Part shown: one piece after another, positions 61,646-64,000 of the stretch | How positions within the stretch are numbered: the stretch's first letter is position 1 | How the letters are laid out: the number at the start of each line of letters is the position of its first letter | Source of the DNA: Guillardia theta CCMP2712 | Lineage: Eukaryota > Protista > Cryptophyta | Assembly (NCBI RefSeq): GCF_000315625.1 | Contig: NW_005434646.1 | Location: 604,966-668,965, forward strand | Reading direction: 5' to 3' | Length of the DNA stretch: 64,000 nucleotides | Translations under genes and position numbers: made by a program | Notes under the pieces: generated by a model | The model's database searches: none | What the model saw: only the letters and a program-made list of their open reading frames with translations | Told to the model about the DNA's origin: nothing

Positions 61646-63643
61646 ATGCTGCTGGCGATGAGCTTGGAGCCATGCCGGTCAGCATTGTTGAGCTCCCACC
61701 TCTTCTCAAACCACAAGGGTGGATGCGGCAAGACGACCATCTTGTTCCACACTTGCGCAGAGTACGCCAGGCGGCACAAGGACGACCAGGTGCTGGTGAT
61801 CGACACGACTCTGCGAGGAGACTTGTCGGAGCTGCTTCTGGGAGGAGACAAGGGAGCCTCTGGGAAGCAGGCAGTGAAGGCCCTGGCTCATCTTCGCAGC
61901 ACCACCAAGCTGTTCCATCAAGCTGCTGCTATCCATGCAGCCGAGGGAGTGACCTACGGGACCCCTTCCTCTACCATTCGCGCGGCACTGGGGAAGATAC
62001 TCGCAAAGGAAGGGAAAGATGCCGACGGAGATGATTCCCTGCTTGACATCGACAAGGTTGTCTTGTACGAGACTCTTTCTGTCCTCTCGTCTCCTACCTT
62101 ACCATCCCACTTGCATCGCTCACTTCACTCATTCTCTTTCCAGACTGTTGTGAAAGTTCACGACTTCAACTCGTGTATTCCGGAGAACGTCTTCCTGTGT
62201 CTGGGAGGAAGTGGCCCCCAGACTTCGTTTCCTCAACAGCAGCGACAAGCCATCGCCGACACCATCCGGAAGGTAGAGCAAGTCTCGCTGTATGCGACTG
62301 GTACTGATGGCGGTATCAACGTGTGGCAGTATCTAGACAAGAGCTCGACGTCGTGGAGGCTGATATGCGACACTGACGGTGATCAGGTGAGTTCTAACGC
62401 CCTTGCGTGTTTTGGTTCATCTGCTCTACCACAAGGGCTTCAGCGATTACACCAAGATCGCCCACGCGCTGTGCGACAAGTGCATTATACCGCTCAAGGT
62501 ACGGGATGACGTCGACGGCTCCTCCTCTACTGAGCTCTTGGCTGTCCCCCTACGCAGACAAACTTGAATGATTTCTCGAATCGGTCGCATGAAAAGACCG
62601 ATCGCCTCCCTCCTGACGTCTTTCTAGATGTATCCCTATGATGGAAGAGCTTTACCTCGCAAGACAGGTTTCCCTCCCCTCCTCTGGCCTTCTCCTCCTG
62701 CTCCTGCTTCTGACCCTCCATGAAACACTTGCAGAGCGGCGAGGTGCGAAGCTGTGTCCAGGTAGGAGGAGGGAGGGAGAGGAGGGCGGGAGGGGGAGGC
62801 AAGAACATGTTCCCTGACTGTTTGTTCTCAGCTCTTCATCTGGAACGAGATCGACGTACACAAGAACAGCCCGAGCTCGGTGCCTGCTGGAAGTTGCGAC
62901 CTTCCACACTGACCAGACCGTCAGGTCTCCGGGCTCCTCACGCCCACCAAAGCAGCTCAGGGGATAATCGGTATGCTCAATGGGCTCGTGGCGGAGGTGA
63001 GCGAGGAGGCGGAGGGACAGAGGAGTTGAGGACGATGGCAGGTGGCCATGACGTACCCTGATCTCTTCTACAACGCACCGCCTGCTGGTACAGTCCGTGG
63101 GAGAGAGTTGGACGTGGGAGTGGAGGAGGGGGGGAGGGGTTGAGACGCAGGAGACCAGGGCTGCTGAGAGCATGTCGGAGTAGAGGAAGAGAGGACAAGG
63201 AGGAAGGGAAGGGCAAGAGAGATGGAGGGAAAGAGACTCAGAGGAGTCAGAAGGTAGACGCTCAAGTTGCCTCAGATCGCTCCGACATTGATGACTTCGC
63301 TGGAGCCTCTACAATGTGCATGCGAACATTCGGAGTGACTGGTAGGATGCGAGCGCAATGTCGGAGAAGGGATGAAGAATCTGCGCAGGTCTGGCAGCGG
63401 CTGAGCACGGGATTCCTTTCTGCTCGATGAAGGTGACGAGCGTTGAAGGGGGAGGAGGCTGACGGGGAGGAGCAGGAAGGGAAGCTAGAAGGAGGGAGGC
63501 TGGCGTACGAAATCCAAGGGGATACCCTCAAGCAGGTGCTCAACCTCCTTGTCTCCTTGCGCGACTGACAGACGATGCAGCTGACCAACAACATTGCTGA
63601 GCTCGCCGATCGCCTCGACGACCCCGCGTGGGGGAAGTCATGA
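61646..63643 (+). CDS. ParA/Soj/MinD-family (SIMIBI) P-loop ATPase with many introns
   Basis: FSNHKGGCGKTT deviant Walker A; VLVIDTTLRGDLS; LICDTD (Walker B); HALCDKCIIP; FIWNE; ends PAWGKS*. Start and late exons approximate. Confidence 0.8.
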
Positions 63644-64000
63644 AAGCTGGTCTCTCCCCATCGGTGAGCGGGTGAGGGGAGGAGAGCATGTAACATGAAA
63701 CCGGCGCTGGCCGGAAGGTGAAAGAATAACATAAGGAATAAGCTAACGGGAATACGCTACTGCTCCTCCCAGTAGTTCCGCGACGGCGAGACTTCTGCAT
63801 CCTCGTCAAGGGGCTTGCGGCACAGCGAGCTCTAGTAGTACCTTGAGGCTCTTCCCTGCCGCGCTCCTCCCCATCCCCATCCCCCTCCCCTTCTTCGAAG
63901 GGATTAGCAAGAGGCACCACAGAATCCATGCCATTCCTGCAAGACCGTCAGCCTCCTCCATCTCCTTCCCCCTCCTTCTCCTCCTCCCTCTCCACCTTCC

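Noticed and set aside
63540-64000. Minus-strand ORF at the window edge
   Set aside because: May be the last exon of a gene outside the window; too little evidence to call

Overview
Gene-dense eukaryotic nuclear DNA with many short (~45-60 nt) spliceosomal introns. It most likely comes from an alga with a red-derived complex plastid, probably a cryptophyte such as Guillardia theta; this is inferred from ASA-F type bipartite plastid leaders, signal-peptide-bearing housekeeping enzymes and intron size. About 24 protein genes can be supported: Sgf11, TrpRS, a WD40 protein, a prenylated EF-hand protein, a Cys-rich repeat protein, a mitochondrial-carrier-family protein, plastid L28, ETF-QO, MsrA-like, PRMT9-like, RsmE, FHA and PDZ proteins, CCDC124, HscB, UAP, GT11-like, a ParA-like ATPase and several hypotheticals. 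The most notable observations are: (1) three paralogous CaMK-type kinases fused to a C-terminal cyclic-nucleotide-binding domain, two ending in polybasic+CaaX tails and one a doubly degenerate pseudokinase; (2) signal-peptide leaders ending in a ubiquitin-like LRGG; (3) two 48-nt introns that appear to need GA-AG splicing; (4) an intron-rich ParA/Soj-like ATPase; (5) a dispersed inverted-repeat element whose arms differ by templated-looking micro-insertions. No rRNA, tRNA, CRISPR array or transposase was recognised. Gene spans were spliced by eye, and several ends are approximate.
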